A stretch of DNA of 53,361 nucleotides, taken from IMG/VR virus record IMGVR_UViG_3300027887_000002, one strand, 5' to 3'. Both the position numbers and the translations under genes were made by a program. Under the pieces are notes generated by a model. That model saw only the letters and a list, made by a program, of their open reading frames with translations, ran no database searches and was not told the origin of the DNA. This DNA is from a virus. Positions 26,770-35,868 of the stretch are shown in pieces. The number at the start of each line of letters is the position of its first letter. Position 1 is the first letter of the stretch.

Positions 26770-28650
26770 ATGGCTTTTAACGTACGCCAAAAGTCTTTCC
26801 GTGGCAGGATAGACAACCAGGTCTTGAATGCCGCATCGTGGGATTACGGGTTGAACACGGTGTGGACATGGACTACTGGTACGTTCTATCGTGTCCGCTT
26901 TTCGCTTCAGGAATACGGGACGACTGCTGGCACCACTACGTGGAGTCTGATGTACCGGAGGAACTCGGGCACGTTTGCTACCGTGTCCAGTTCCTCTCCG
27001 TGGATTCGACTTGCGACAAGTTCACAGTTCGCCAACTTGACGGCCGCCACTGTCAAGTTGTTGGACGGTATAGGAACTTGGCGTAACGGAGCTGGATTAA
27101 CCACTTCTCAGTACACGGCCACTCACCAGATGGCCTCGCTCGGCCACACGGAATTTGAGTTTGGCCTGAAGGCGATTGGCTCGTGGGTGGGTGGCGATAC
27201 CATGAACCTGAGGGTCTACCAGTCCGGTACCAGGGTTGCTCTAACTGGCTACCTTGGTACTGGCACCTGGACGATGGCCCAACCCTGTAACGGAACGACC
27301 AGTGAGACGCTTGGCGATATTACTAGGTCTTCTGCGGGTAAGGTCTACGTGGCGGGAACTTTTAGCCAGACTCTTTCTGCTATAACCCGGTCTATTTCTG
27401 GGACAATAACAAATCCGCCAAGTGGAGCTCTTGTACAATACAGAGCACTTCTTGATGCTTACGGGTCAGTTGTCCTAGATAGTAACAGTGCTACAGTCTA
27501 TACCAGAGAGTGGAATTATCAACTTTCTGATGTAGGAAGGACTTTGACTGGGAAGGTTACGACACACGGAACCTTCAATAAAACTCTTGCCAATATAACA
27601 CGTTCTATTGCTGGGAATATTCAGAACCCAGCCATTCATGGAATCCTGAGTAAGAATCTGGATGCGATTACAAGATCCAGTGCTGGTAAAGTCATAGCGA
27701 AGGGTTCCACCAGTAAGACTTTAGCTACCGTTACCAGAAGTTCTTCCGGTAAAGTTATCGTAAAGGGCTCTACCAGCAAAACACTAGATAGTGTTACGAG
27801 AAATTCTGCTGGAAAGGTTACGGTAAAGGGGTCCACTTCCAAGACGTTATCTACTATTACCAAGACTATCACTGGTAAGGTGGCAGTCAAGGGGAGCCTT
27901 GGAAAGACTCTTGGTGCAATTGCACCTTCTATTTCCGGGATAGTTTTTACTCCGATTCCCGGTATTACTGGTTCTTTAGCTAAGACGCTTTCCGGAATCA
28001 CCTCGGCATCTTCTGGAAAGATTATTGTTAGTGGGACGTTTTCTAAGAGTCTTTCCACGGTTACCAAGACTCTTTCTGGCAGGGTGACTGTAAATGGCTC
28101 CTTCGCCAAGAGTTTGGCGGGTATAGGCAGGTCATCGTCTGGAACCGTAAAAAATGCCATACACGGAACGACAGCAAAAACTCTTGCCAACATTACTCGT
28201 TCCAGTGCTGGTAAAGTTTATGTCAAGGGAAACTCTGCAAAGAGTTTGGCTTCTCTAGGCAGAACGATTTCAGGAAAACTCCCCATAAAGGGGACTGGTC
28301 TAAAGACTTTCTCTTCCCTGACAGGAACAGGCACGGGAAGGGTGTATGTTAAGGGTGGCGCACAAAAGGGCTTGGATGGGATAACCCTATATGGTAGGGC
28401 GCATGTCCCCATGCTGGGTATTAATGGATCTCTCGGTAAGCAACTTGGAGGCGTCGTACTTTACAGTGTTGGTTCACCGATAACTGGCGGCGGAACTCCA
28501 GATAACACTCTTGTCGAAGGCGGGAGATCCAGTATATCCAGAGATATTAGCCCAAATATCCATGGGAACGACAGAGAGATTGTTTTTGGTAATCCTACAT
28601 CTATCGTAAAAGGGAGGGCTCATGCCCCGGTTCGCCGTTCAGAGGGTTAG
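26770..28650 (+). CDS. tail fibre-like protein with about 16 tandem 21-aa repeats
   Basis: 626 aa. From aa 181 the unit ITRS(S/I)(A/S)GKVxVKGxxSKTLxx repeats. Four near-identical core units span aa 300-381. Confidence 0.6.
   Translation: MAFNVRQKSFRGRIDNQVLNAASWDYGLNTVWTWTTGTFYRVRFSLQEYGTTAGTTTWSLMYRRNSGTFATVSSSSPWIRLATSSQFANLTAATVKLLDGIGTWRNGAGLTTSQYTATHQMASLGHTEFEFGLKAIGSWVGGDTMNLRVYQSGTRVALTGYLGTGTWTMAQPCNGTTSETLGDITRSSAGKVYVAGTFSQTLSAITRSISGTITNPPSGALVQYRALLDAYGSVVLDSNSATVYTREWNYQLSDVGRTLTGKVTTHGTFNKTLANITRSIAGNIQNPAIHGILSKNLDAITRSSAGKVIAKGSTSKTLATVTRSSSGKVIVKGSTSKTLDSVTRNSAGKVTVKGSTSKTLSTITKTITGKVAVKGSLGKTLGAIAPSISGIVFTPIPGITGSLAKTLSGITSASSGKIIVSGTFSKSLSTVTKTLSGRVTVNGSFAKSLAGIGRSSSGTVKNAIHGTTAKTLANITRSSAGKVYVKGNSAKSLASLGRTISGKLPIKGTGLKTFSSLTGTGTGRVYVKGGAQKGLDGITLYGRAHVPMLGINGSLGKQLGGVVLYSVGSPITGGGTPDNTLVEGGRSSISRDISPNIHGNDREIVFGNPTSIVKGRAHAPVRRSEG
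27310..28464 (+). repeat. in-frame tandem coding repeats, period about 63 nt
   Basis: Repeats are read from the translation. The core is 27664-27915 and flanking copies are degenerate. Confidence 0.8.
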
Positions 28651-28906
28651 CGAAAGAATTGAACAGGGATTTGACTTCTCTGCTCTGTTTCCTACGGGTG
28701 AGAATGTTACCTACTCGGTGACAATTCTGCCCGTAACCAACCCTACATTTCAGAGTTTCTCAAACGGTACTTCGGGAAGGCTTTTGACACATCTTCTGGG
28801 TGGGGGCGTGGCCGACGAGAAGTATCATGTAACAGCATGGGGTACGGGTGCTACAACGGGGGGAAGAAAGAGTATCGACATATTCATTTCCGTAAGACCC
28901 GATTAG
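28622..28906 (+). CDS. small beta-rich protein next to the fibre gene
   Basis: 94 aa. Overlaps the fibre gene 3' end by 29 nt. Pattern GFDFSALFPTGENVTYSVT. Confidence 0.4.
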   Translation: MPRFAVQRVSERIEQGFDFSALFPTGENVTYSVTILPVTNPTFQSFSNGTSGRLLTHLLGGGVADEKYHVTAWGTGATTGGRKSIDIFISVRPD

Positions 28907-28913
28907 GAGACCT

Positions 28914-29627
28914 ATGAAACGAATTCTTGCATTACTTCTGTTGCTACCGTGCATACTTTTCGCACAGCCAAAGCGCTATGCAAAACTTGCACTGTACGAG
29001 GAATACTACACCCCGCAGAAGGCCGCCATTGTCTGGGAAAACTCTTGGGAAACCTCAATGCCAGACACGGTGTACAATATGTACATCGGGAACGTGATTT
29101 GGTTTAAAGACACGACTTGCTACAATCCCGAAATATCTTTTCGCTTAGATTCTCTTAGGGGGAGAGGAGATAAACGAGAGGCGCGTATTACGGCAGTACG
29201 GAAATCTCCAGTCAAAGCCGATTGGATCTGGCTCTATACGCCAAGTATTTACGAAATGAAGATGAATCCTCAAAAGTATCCCGTTACCGTTACTCCTACC
29301 GGGGGTTATCTTCGTAAGTGGCAAGACACCCTGATGGCCGTGACTCCAGATTCAACATATCGTGAAAGCCAATGGTTCTCGTACACGCGAAAAGACTATT
29401 GGAACCAGATTGTGGGGGCTGACGGACAGGGGATGGCGACTTGGATGTTCCAGTCATTCATTCCCAAGGATACCACACAAAATAGGCGGACACTGAAATG
29501 CTGGATGGAAAAAGTCATCGGAGATCCCACCGTAAACAACGGATGGAATCAACTCATTCGATTCCGCATGGTTTACTATGCAGAACAGCCAAAGCAATTT
29601 TACGATGCATCAAACAATGCATTCTAA
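28914..29627 (+). CDS. signal-peptide-bearing protein, unknown function
   Basis: AGGAG RBS. Leader MKRILALLLLLPCILFAQPK. 237 aa, Trp/Tyr-rich. Confidence 0.55.
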   Translation: MKRILALLLLLPCILFAQPKRYAKLALYEEYYTPQKAAIVWENSWETSMPDTVYNMYIGNVIWFKDTTCYNPEISFRLDSLRGRGDKREARITAVRKSPVKADWIWLYTPSIYEMKMNPQKYPVTVTPTGGYLRKWQDTLMAVTPDSTYRESQWFSYTRKDYWNQIVGADGQGMATWMFQSFIPKDTTQNRRTLKCWMEKVIGDPTVNNGWNQLIRFRMVYYAEQPKQFYDASNNAF

Positions 29628-29658
29628 ATCGGTTCCTATATTATGAAGTAAGGCCATG

Positions 29659-29671
29659 CGAAAACTTTTCG
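29659..29671. repeat. CGAAAA-C-TTTTCG palindrome copy (intergenic)
   Basis: cgaaaacttttcg directly after an orphan ATG (29656). The 15-codon mini-ORF reads MRKLFGSISYTHKGY*. Confidence 0.85.
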
Positions 29672-29704
29672 GTAGTATTTCATACACACATAAAGGATAC
29701 TAAT

Positions 29705-30001
29705 ATGGAGCGTTATCGGTTCTCGTGGAATCCCTCTCCCTCGGCGTTTGTTGAGAAGATCCAGGTTGTAGGAAAGATTGATGGTGGCGCAGAAGCCGTT
29801 CTTGTGGACAGTCTCCCGTCCAGTGCTTTTGAAGCCTTCTATGATTTCGAGACTGGCGCCGTGGTTGAGGCGTGGGGCCGTGTTGTTGGTGACAATGCTA
29901 CCGTTGCGGATACGGCACATCTCTCGTTCACCGCAAAGAACGAGGAGCAGGTCGCTCCCGTTGAGGATTTTGGAGTAGCGTGGGTTCAACACATAGCCTA
30001 A
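29705..30001 (+). CDS. small Ig/FN3-like protein (putative)
   Basis: Internal ATG 29705 (MERYRFSWNPSPSAFVEKIQVVG...). The ORF-track start at 29498 would overlap the previous gene. Confidence 0.4.
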   Translation: MERYRFSWNPSPSAFVEKIQVVGKIDGGAEAVLVDSLPSSAFEAFYDFETGAVVEAWGRVVGDNATVADTAHLSFTAKNEEQVAPVEDFGVAWVQHIA

Positions 30002-30005
30002 AGTT

Positions 30006-32051
30006 ATGAGCGGAGAGTCAAAGAACTTTAATCCAGATGTTCTTTTCCTCTACCGTACTACTAGGAAAACGGTTGGGAGCGTCATAGTCCCGGCTTTCGA
30101 TCTGGGTAAAACTGATTGGAACCGAAGACTTACCGATGCTCCCACTGTTTCTAAAGAGTCGGTTGATTGGACTGGGAAACCTACGTCCGGCGAGATAGTT
30201 TTCACTATCGCAGATACGGATGGAAGTGTAACCCTGACCGTAGGGCAGAGATTGGGTGATCCCGTAGCTATGTTCTTTAAAGCTAGCGAGAATCCCCTTA
30301 CTTGGTGGCCTGTCTTTGAGGGTAATATCACGAAGACGATGCGCTCCCAGGGTCTCTACACTATTACTGTTACTGATGCCGTGAAAAACATCTATAACAG
30401 TCAGTTCATTTCCGACTACGTTAATCTTGGCACTACCATAGGAAATAATATCTATGGTACTGTGAAAGATGTTATTGGGACCAACGTCTATCTTGATGAC
30501 ATGGGGGACGTCCAGTGGATCAGGAGAAGGATACCTGGAGACGATTCTTGGTGGGCTAGTATTACCGGGGCGGCTCTCGGTGCTTTAGCTGGCGCAGTTT
30601 CCGGTGGATTTGCACTTCTTCCCGCGCTCATTGGGGCTGGAGGGGGGTTCTTACAGGGAATCCCAAAGGGTGGAGCTTATGATCGGTTCTCCGTACGGGT
30701 CAATGACCAGAATATAATCTCTGACGACGAGGTTCTTGGCGGTCAGATGCTTAAGTTCTACGCTGGAAGTATCAGTGGATGGGCGCAGAACACGGAAAGC
30801 CCACTATTTCCTCTCGTCGCCCAGCATACCCGTGGTGGAACATTCATGCTTGGACTCCATGGAACGATCTACATGGAGGATATGCTCCACGGCGTACAGA
30901 AGGGCGATTACATCTACAGTGAGCTTCCTCTCTATTTCAGGGGAAGTCCTGACGATGTTATCGTCAATATGCTCACCGGAAAGAATACTACCGTAAAATA
31001 TACCTTCCCGGACGATTTTAGCTGGGACTGGAGTTACCAGACGGCTCCCTTAAGACACATTGATTGCTGGGGACTAGTGAGTAACTTCGAGTCTGGCGCC
31101 GTAGCCGACATCATCAATAAACTCTCGGAAGAGTTTGGGTTCTCGTTCTATGTTGACGAAAGCAATAGATTTGCCATTAGGACTCTCAGGTCAAAGAGCA
31201 TAGGTACCGACGTCCTAGGTACGTTTACAGAAGACTACAATATCATCGGAGATACTGAGTACGAGTACGACCTGCAGACCAGTTATACCGATCTCGTGAT
31301 AAACTACAGAGACACCTTCATTGGGGATATGTATGGCATGAAGGTGCAGGCCACCTTAAATAGTGCTTCTTTCTATGGTGGTGTAAGGCGCGTCAAGGAG
31401 ATCAATTCGGAATGGATTCACGATAAGCTTACTGGTGAGTACATGATTGAGAGGTACAAGAGGCGGTTCGCGACTCCTGTGCCCGTACTGAAGTTTACGG
31501 CTCCACTCTACTCGGCGCCTATTCATATAGGGGAAATCATTAGGGTCTCCGGATATGCCTGCGGCTCAATGGTTCCCTACGAAATCAGCAAGTATCAGAA
31601 AGACTTTGCCCGTTCTTCGGTTGACATTGAAGCAGAATGTGTCGGATCTTACTACGGCGCCTACAAATACGGATATCTTGACGGGTCTTGCTATTGTTCC
31701 ACCTTTGCTCCGATGGACTATCCGGGGCAATATGGAGCAATCCCATACGCCATAGACGATATCCAGACTTCTATCACTGTTTCCGGACCCGTCTATATTC
31801 AGGCCCTATCTGTTGGGATGAGTTTTACGTTCAACACCGCGACAAAGTGCGAGATGATACAGATACTTGCCGTAGAGGGTCAGAAGTATTCCACGGATCT
31901 TGCTGGTCAGGCTTGGTTCACCTACAAGGTCAAACGTGGCGCACTTAATTCGCAACCCCAGGCTTATCCTGCTGGAGCGGCTGTTCGTCAGTGCGTCTAC
32001 GGAAGACACAAGACAAATAACGACGATTCGATTCCCTATATCTGGTACTAA
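30006..32051 (+). CDS. large distal-tail / baseplate protein
   Basis: 681 aa. Contains a Gly-rich hydrophobic insert (AALGALAGAVSGGFALLPALIGAGGGFLQG). Assignment is positional. Confidence 0.5.
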   Translation: MSGESKNFNPDVLFLYRTTRKTVGSVIVPAFDLGKTDWNRRLTDAPTVSKESVDWTGKPTSGEIVFTIADTDGSVTLTVGQRLGDPVAMFFKASENPLTWWPVFEGNITKTMRSQGLYTITVTDAVKNIYNSQFISDYVNLGTTIGNNIYGTVKDVIGTNVYLDDMGDVQWIRRRIPGDDSWWASITGAALGALAGAVSGGFALLPALIGAGGGFLQGIPKGGAYDRFSVRVNDQNIISDDEVLGGQMLKFYAGSISGWAQNTESPLFPLVAQHTRGGTFMLGLHGTIYMEDMLHGVQKGDYIYSELPLYFRGSPDDVIVNMLTGKNTTVKYTFPDDFSWDWSYQTAPLRHIDCWGLVSNFESGAVADIINKLSEEFGFSFYVDESNRFAIRTLRSKSIGTDVLGTFTEDYNIIGDTEYEYDLQTSYTDLVINYRDTFIGDMYGMKVQATLNSASFYGGVRRVKEINSEWIHDKLTGEYMIERYKRRFATPVPVLKFTAPLYSAPIHIGEIIRVSGYACGSMVPYEISKYQKDFARSSVDIEAECVGSYYGAYKYGYLDGSCYCSTFAPMDYPGQYGAIPYAIDDIQTSITVSGPVYIQALSVGMSFTFNTATKCEMIQILAVEGQKYSTDLAGQAWFTYKVKRGALNSQPQAYPAGAAVRQCVYGRHKTNNDDSIPYIWY

Positions 32052-32053
32052 CC

Positions 32054-32500
32054 ATGGCTTTTTCTGACATAGGCACATTTAACTTTGGTACTTGGCATAG
32101 GAGTATCGCTCCCGTACCAGGGGACCCTGTTACAGTCTACTGGATGGGATTTGTAGCCGACAATATCGCAAGAGTTAGCCGACCTCTCTCGTGGATACGA
32201 GATGTTTCTATCCCTGTGGGCGGCAGTCTGCAATTTAATCTTGCTACTATGCCCTGCTCTGGATTCCCATTTGCAAAGATGTACGTCAAGCTTGTAGATG
32301 GATGGACAGACCGTTACTCTTCCGGAGAGGAAAGTTCTTGGGTAGGTCGTGGCGACGTTACTAGTTATAACCTACGGTTTATCAGTACCGGAAGCGCCGA
32401 GGCTACCTTGGCTACTCTCGAAGCAGGTGAAGCCTGTCTTATGGCTTTTGGTGGCAACACTACTATTCTGAAAACAGCAGCAATTTTCTGGGGAAAATAA
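32054..32500 (+). CDS. hypothetical tail-module protein
   Basis: 148 aa. Starts 2 nt after the upstream stop. Confidence 0.45.
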   Translation: MAFSDIGTFNFGTWHRSIAPVPGDPVTVYWMGFVADNIARVSRPLSWIRDVSIPVGGSLQFNLATMPCSGFPFAKMYVKLVDGWTDRYSSGEESSWVGRGDVTSYNLRFISTGSAEATLATLEAGEACLMAFGGNTTILKTAAIFWGK

Positions 32501-33210
32501 TGCGCCCGACAAATGGGTTCACGAAGTTCTATACTAACGATTTGATTGTCGAAGATAGTGACCTTTCAAACGCTCTCTGGGGATACCATCTTGCCAACAA
32601 CATGGAACATCTCCTTGGGTTGGACGGCTATCTTTACTTTGGCGCTACTGGTGACGGTGCTCTAGGGTATGAGGGTCCAAGGAGTGCTCAGGTCAGTCTT
32701 TCAAAGCTTGAGCTTACCCACGCCCCAGTCATAGAGATGTATGCAAAACCAGACTGTATTGTACAATTTGGTACTACCCGTGTCATAAAGGAATGGGATG
32801 GCTTCGGCTGGGTAGTTTACGACGTCGAAGACAGATACATAGACATAGATATTCAGTATAACGGTCTACTTACCTCGTTTGTCGGTCAAGATATACGTAT
32901 AGGTCATAACCAAGATGAGATCATGCATGTTCTTGGATACTATCCCATGGGGAACATAGGGGAAGACCTGTACGCTCAGAGACTTCGTGTAGCGAGAGCT
33001 ATCACCCCGTCAACGGGTGCCGACTTCTATTCTGCTGGCGAGAGAATCTATATCGTAGGCTCGTACAATGCGACAACGCTGGCTATACCGAATGTCACTT
33101 TTAGCCTCAATCCTGTCTGGATGGAAGCGATAGCGAATCGTGACTATGCGAGGTTTACATGGATGCACTCTTCTCCTGGTACGTTATACTACAAGATATT
33201 TGGGGTATAA
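32500..33210 (+). CDS. hypothetical tail-module protein
   Basis: 236 aa. ATG overlaps the upstream stop (TAATG). Confidence 0.45.
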   Translation: MRPTNGFTKFYTNDLIVEDSDLSNALWGYHLANNMEHLLGLDGYLYFGATGDGALGYEGPRSAQVSLSKLELTHAPVIEMYAKPDCIVQFGTTRVIKEWDGFGWVVYDVEDRYIDIDIQYNGLLTSFVGQDIRIGHNQDEIMHVLGYYPMGNIGEDLYAQRLRVARAITPSTGADFYSAGERIYIVGSYNATTLAIPNVTFSLNPVWMEAIANRDYARFTWMHSSPGTLYYKIFGV

Positions 33211-33816
33211 ATGGATGCTACACTTAATGCCGCACATCTGTCCGTAGATAGGACTGGTCTTGTTCCAGACGTTTTTGCTACTCTTACCCCTGCTTGGGGA
33301 AGAAAGGTCTCAGAGCAGACCGTAAGGGCTTCCGGACTTCATGGAAGTGCCATTATTCCGTTTGTCGGTCTGAAGAGACCTGACATATGGGGATGTAGTT
33401 ATGTCTACTCCACGACGGTTATCCTTCCTTATGGATACTTTGGTTCTACTGTACCACCCATGATATATGTCATGCCTCAGTATGGGAGCATGGTTATTTA
33501 CAAGCACATCATGGATGTACAGCAGAAGATTGTAGAACCCTACACTATGGGAAACTCAGCCGCTATCGGCGATAGAGAACGCTTCACTACTACGGTCGAG
33601 AAACTCAACTGGGCTGGAGGTATCTGGACATTCTCAATCGTCCATGCTGTGTCTGACTGGGTTCTCGCTGGTGTTAATTCTGGCGCAAACATCAAAAAGC
33701 CATACGGGGATATGCGTTATGGCTGGTGGCCCAACATAGCCGCCGCTACTGACCCCGCACGTATGAATGGTATCGTACTACACTGGGTTGCTTTCGGTGG
33801 GGACCCCAATGCTTGA
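33211..33816 (+). CDS. hypothetical tail-module protein (last rightward gene)
   Basis: 201 aa. Abuts the upstream stop. Its own stop abuts the stop of the convergent leftward gene. Confidence 0.45.
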   Translation: MDATLNAAHLSVDRTGLVPDVFATLTPAWGRKVSEQTVRASGLHGSAIIPFVGLKRPDIWGCSYVYSTTVILPYGYFGSTVPPMIYVMPQYGSMVIYKHIMDVQQKIVEPYTMGNSAAIGDRERFTTTVEKLNWAGGIWTFSIVHAVSDWVLAGVNSGANIKKPYGDMRYGWWPNIAAATDPARMNGIVLHWVAFGGDPNA

Positions 33817-34086
33817 CTACTGGACAGTCGTACTGCCCTGCGCTGGATAAGGGACGCTATTCTCCATCATCGCCTTATTGAGACGCCTCATCGCCTCATT
33901 CCTCCAGTCTGGCGTGGGGATCATCAGAAACAACTGGACGATGACGTCTACGATCCTATCCTCAGTTACTTCCTTCAGACTCAGTTCCAACTCTTCGTTT
34001 GACTTGTCTGCATCGTGAAAAATAGCATACATATGCGGGTGTTTGACATCCGACATCTGAATTTTCTCTTTCCCTCTTGAAAACAT
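33817..34086 (-). CDS. hypothetical protein
   Basis: 89 aa. Last gene of the leftward arm. Confidence 0.4.
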   Translation of the reverse strand: MFSRGKEKIQMSDVKHPHMYAIFHDADKSNEELELSLKEVTEDRIVDVIVQLFLMIPTPDWRNEAMRRLNKAMMENSVPYPAQGSTTVQ

Positions 34087-34093
34087 AGCTTCC

Positions 34094-34411
34094 CTACTCC
34101 TCTTTTTTCAGTAAGATAATGCGCTTTTTGGGGAATGGGTCTACTGCCCCATCCTTGCGCCGTATTCGCCAGTCTACTGGCTTATCGGGTACGATTTGCA
34201 CCGTTCCGAACTCTGTGGGGATTACTTCTGTTGTCCCCGCTAATTCAATAGCCTGCTTCCTTAAGGCTTTGAACTCTTTTTCTGTAAGACCGAGAGCCGT
34301 CAGCATCGCTTCTCTCGCTTCCGCTAGGCGTTTCTCCACCATCGCCCAGTGCAAAAGCGAATCCGGCGAGGTTGATTGCGTCTGCTTCGTCGTCTTTGAC
34401 TCGTTTTCCAT
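34094..34411 (-). CDS. hypothetical protein
   Basis: 105 aa, charged and helical. Its 5' 167 nt overlap the 3' tail of the RuvC-like ORF in another frame. Confidence 0.4.
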   Translation of the reverse strand: MENESKTTKQTQSTSPDSLLHWAMVEKRLAEAREAMLTALGLTEKEFKALRKQAIELAGTTEVIPTEFGTVQIVPDKPVDWRIRRKDGAVDPFPKKRIILLKKEE

Positions 34412-34859
34412 ACTTCTTCCTTACCAGCCTTTTAGACAGTCTTTTCAGATTGTCACTTTTCCTGGATTCTCCCTTTTTGAATGTGAGCATAGAACTCTGC
34501 CATTGACTGGCATTTACTACTAGAAAATCTACCCTCAACCCAAAAAGAGATCGGACAAGAGACTCTACCATACCAATAAGAGTCGACAACTTGATTGCTA
34601 CTTGGATATTTAGTTTGACGAATGGACGTTCTATTGCCACCGTGAAGTGGTCTGTTCCAACAAGAACATCGGCATCTCTAGCCCTGGTATACTGCCAGAA
34701 AATAGCGTCCGATATAGCGCAAGCCGTATCGTACAGATCTTTCTTTGGTGGCACATTTGCGGTCTTGAAGAGAGAATGACCATCCTTTGAGGCTACTACG
34801 CTAGCTACCCAGATGGGCTTTGCGTAGGCAATGTCTACTCCTATACAAAGACGGTTCAT
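34245..34859 (-). CDS. RuvC-like Holliday junction resolvase
   Basis: LCIGVDIAYAK (first acidic motif), VAIERPFV (Glu) and KDDEADAINLAGFA (C-terminal Asp pair) match the RuvC/RNase H-fold resolvase pattern. Confidence 0.65.
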   Translation of the reverse strand: MNRLCIGVDIAYAKPIWVASVVASKDGHSLFKTANVPPKKDLYDTACAISDAIFWQYTRARDADVLVGTDHFTVAIERPFVKLNIQVAIKLSTLIGMVESLVRSLFGLRVDFLVVNASQWQSSMLTFKKGESRKSDNLKRLSKRLVRKKYGKRVKDDEADAINLAGFAFALGDGGETPSGSERSDADGSRSYRKRVQSLKEAGY

Positions 34860-35491
34860 TTTATCTCCGCGAATACTTGTCCGTTGACGGTGAAAATACT
34901 AACTGATCCGGATAACTTGGTTCGTTCCGACTCATCAGGCGCCCTTTCGACTGCCACCAGTTCGTAAAATCCCGATGGGGCAGGGCTTTCTGCTGTTGTT
35001 CCTCCAAGAGTTCGCTTAAAGTCGGACGCAGTAAACTTGCCACCGTACCGTTGCTCGATTGCATATTCGATTGCTTCCTTCGGATTCTCACACCTTGAGG
35101 CAATTTGATAGAAATGTGCTGGAAGTATGCACTCAAAGTCTGGGTCGTTTTTGATGAATGTGTCGTACACACGGATATCTATTTCTGCCATCCGTATCCC
35201 GATGCCAAAGGACTTTGCTAAGTCCTTGACAGTACCATCTCCTCGGGAACTCCTACCATGAGCCGTACCAAGGATGATACATCTGACTACCCAGGAAACC
35301 TGCCCGATTAACTTTGCCTCTTCGTATAGTGCTATCAGGGCATCATCGGACATCCCTTCGATTCTCTTGCGAATACCTTTGAAATCTTCACGAAATCTTT
35401 GAAGCCCGTAGATCAGTTCCCCTGAGTGCCTTTCGTCTTCATTACTAGGGTTGCTGAGTGCGAGTTCACTTGATATATCCTGTGGTCCCAT
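34856..35491 (-). CDS. hypothetical protein
   Basis: 211 aa. ATGA-coupled to the RuvC-like gene. Confidence 0.45.
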   Translation of the reverse strand: MGPQDISSELALSNPSNEDERHSGELIYGLQRFREDFKGIRKRIEGMSDDALIALYEEAKLIGQVSWVVRCIILGTAHGRSSRGDGTVKDLAKSFGIGIRMAEIDIRVYDTFIKNDPDFECILPAHFYQIASRCENPKEAIEYAIEQRYGGKFTASDFKRTLGGTTAESPAPSGFYELVAVERAPDESERTKLSGSVSIFTVNGQVFAEIK

Positions 35492-35643
35492 CCCTTCCCC
35501 TTCTTTACCAGTTTGTCTACAAAAATATCACCATTTTCAGTGAAACTTATTACTTTTCCGTATACTACTCCGTCTTTTTCATGGTAAAATGTTACATATG
35601 CGTTGAAATCAAACGCTGTTCCATTCTTATCGTGTGGCATCAA
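35413..35643 (-). CDS. hypothetical protein
   Basis: 76 aa ORF in the leftward operon. Overlaps its neighbours. Confidence 0.35.
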   Translation of the reverse strand: MMPHDKNGTAFDFNAYVTFYHEKDGVVYGKVISFTENGDIFVDKLVKKGKGWDHRIYQVNSHSATLVMKTKGTQGN

Positions 35644-35842
35644 AATGCTCCCAGAATGCTGTACTGTCAGCAGGCGGGGTCACTAGTCGGGTCTCCAGGA
35701 GTTCGCCCTTCCTAGAGGCATTTGCGCTCGAATAAATGGCAATTACAACGGGTCTCTGACTACCCCTACCCACTAGATATCCAACATACCCTGCCAGATA
35801 TAGGAATATAAGCAAAAGACCCACGGAAAGCAAATATCCCAT
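35627..35842 (-). CDS. small membrane protein
   Basis: N-terminal hydrophobic segment GYLLSVGLLLIFLYLAGYVGYLVG. Confidence 0.4.
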   Translation of the reverse strand: MGYLLSVGLLLIFLYLAGYVGYLVGRGSQRPVVIAIYSSANASRKGELLETRLVTPPADSTAFWEHFDATR

Positions 35843-35868
35843 GGGTTCATGTGCTGGTCTATGCCTCT

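Noticed and set aside
27636-28193. 185-aa minus-strand ORF
   Set aside because: It is antisense to the fibre repeat array. Its own repetitiveness simply mirrors the sense-strand repeats.
27310-28464. Regular 63-nt periodicity that could be mistaken for a CRISPR-like array
   Set aside because: The repeats are in-frame codons of one long ORF (21-aa units). The copies are degenerate and there is no repeat/unique-spacer alternation.
26770-28650. Diversity-generating retroelement targeting the fibre gene
   Set aside because: There is no reverse transcriptase ORF. I noticed no template/variable repeat pair outside the in-gene tandem repeats.
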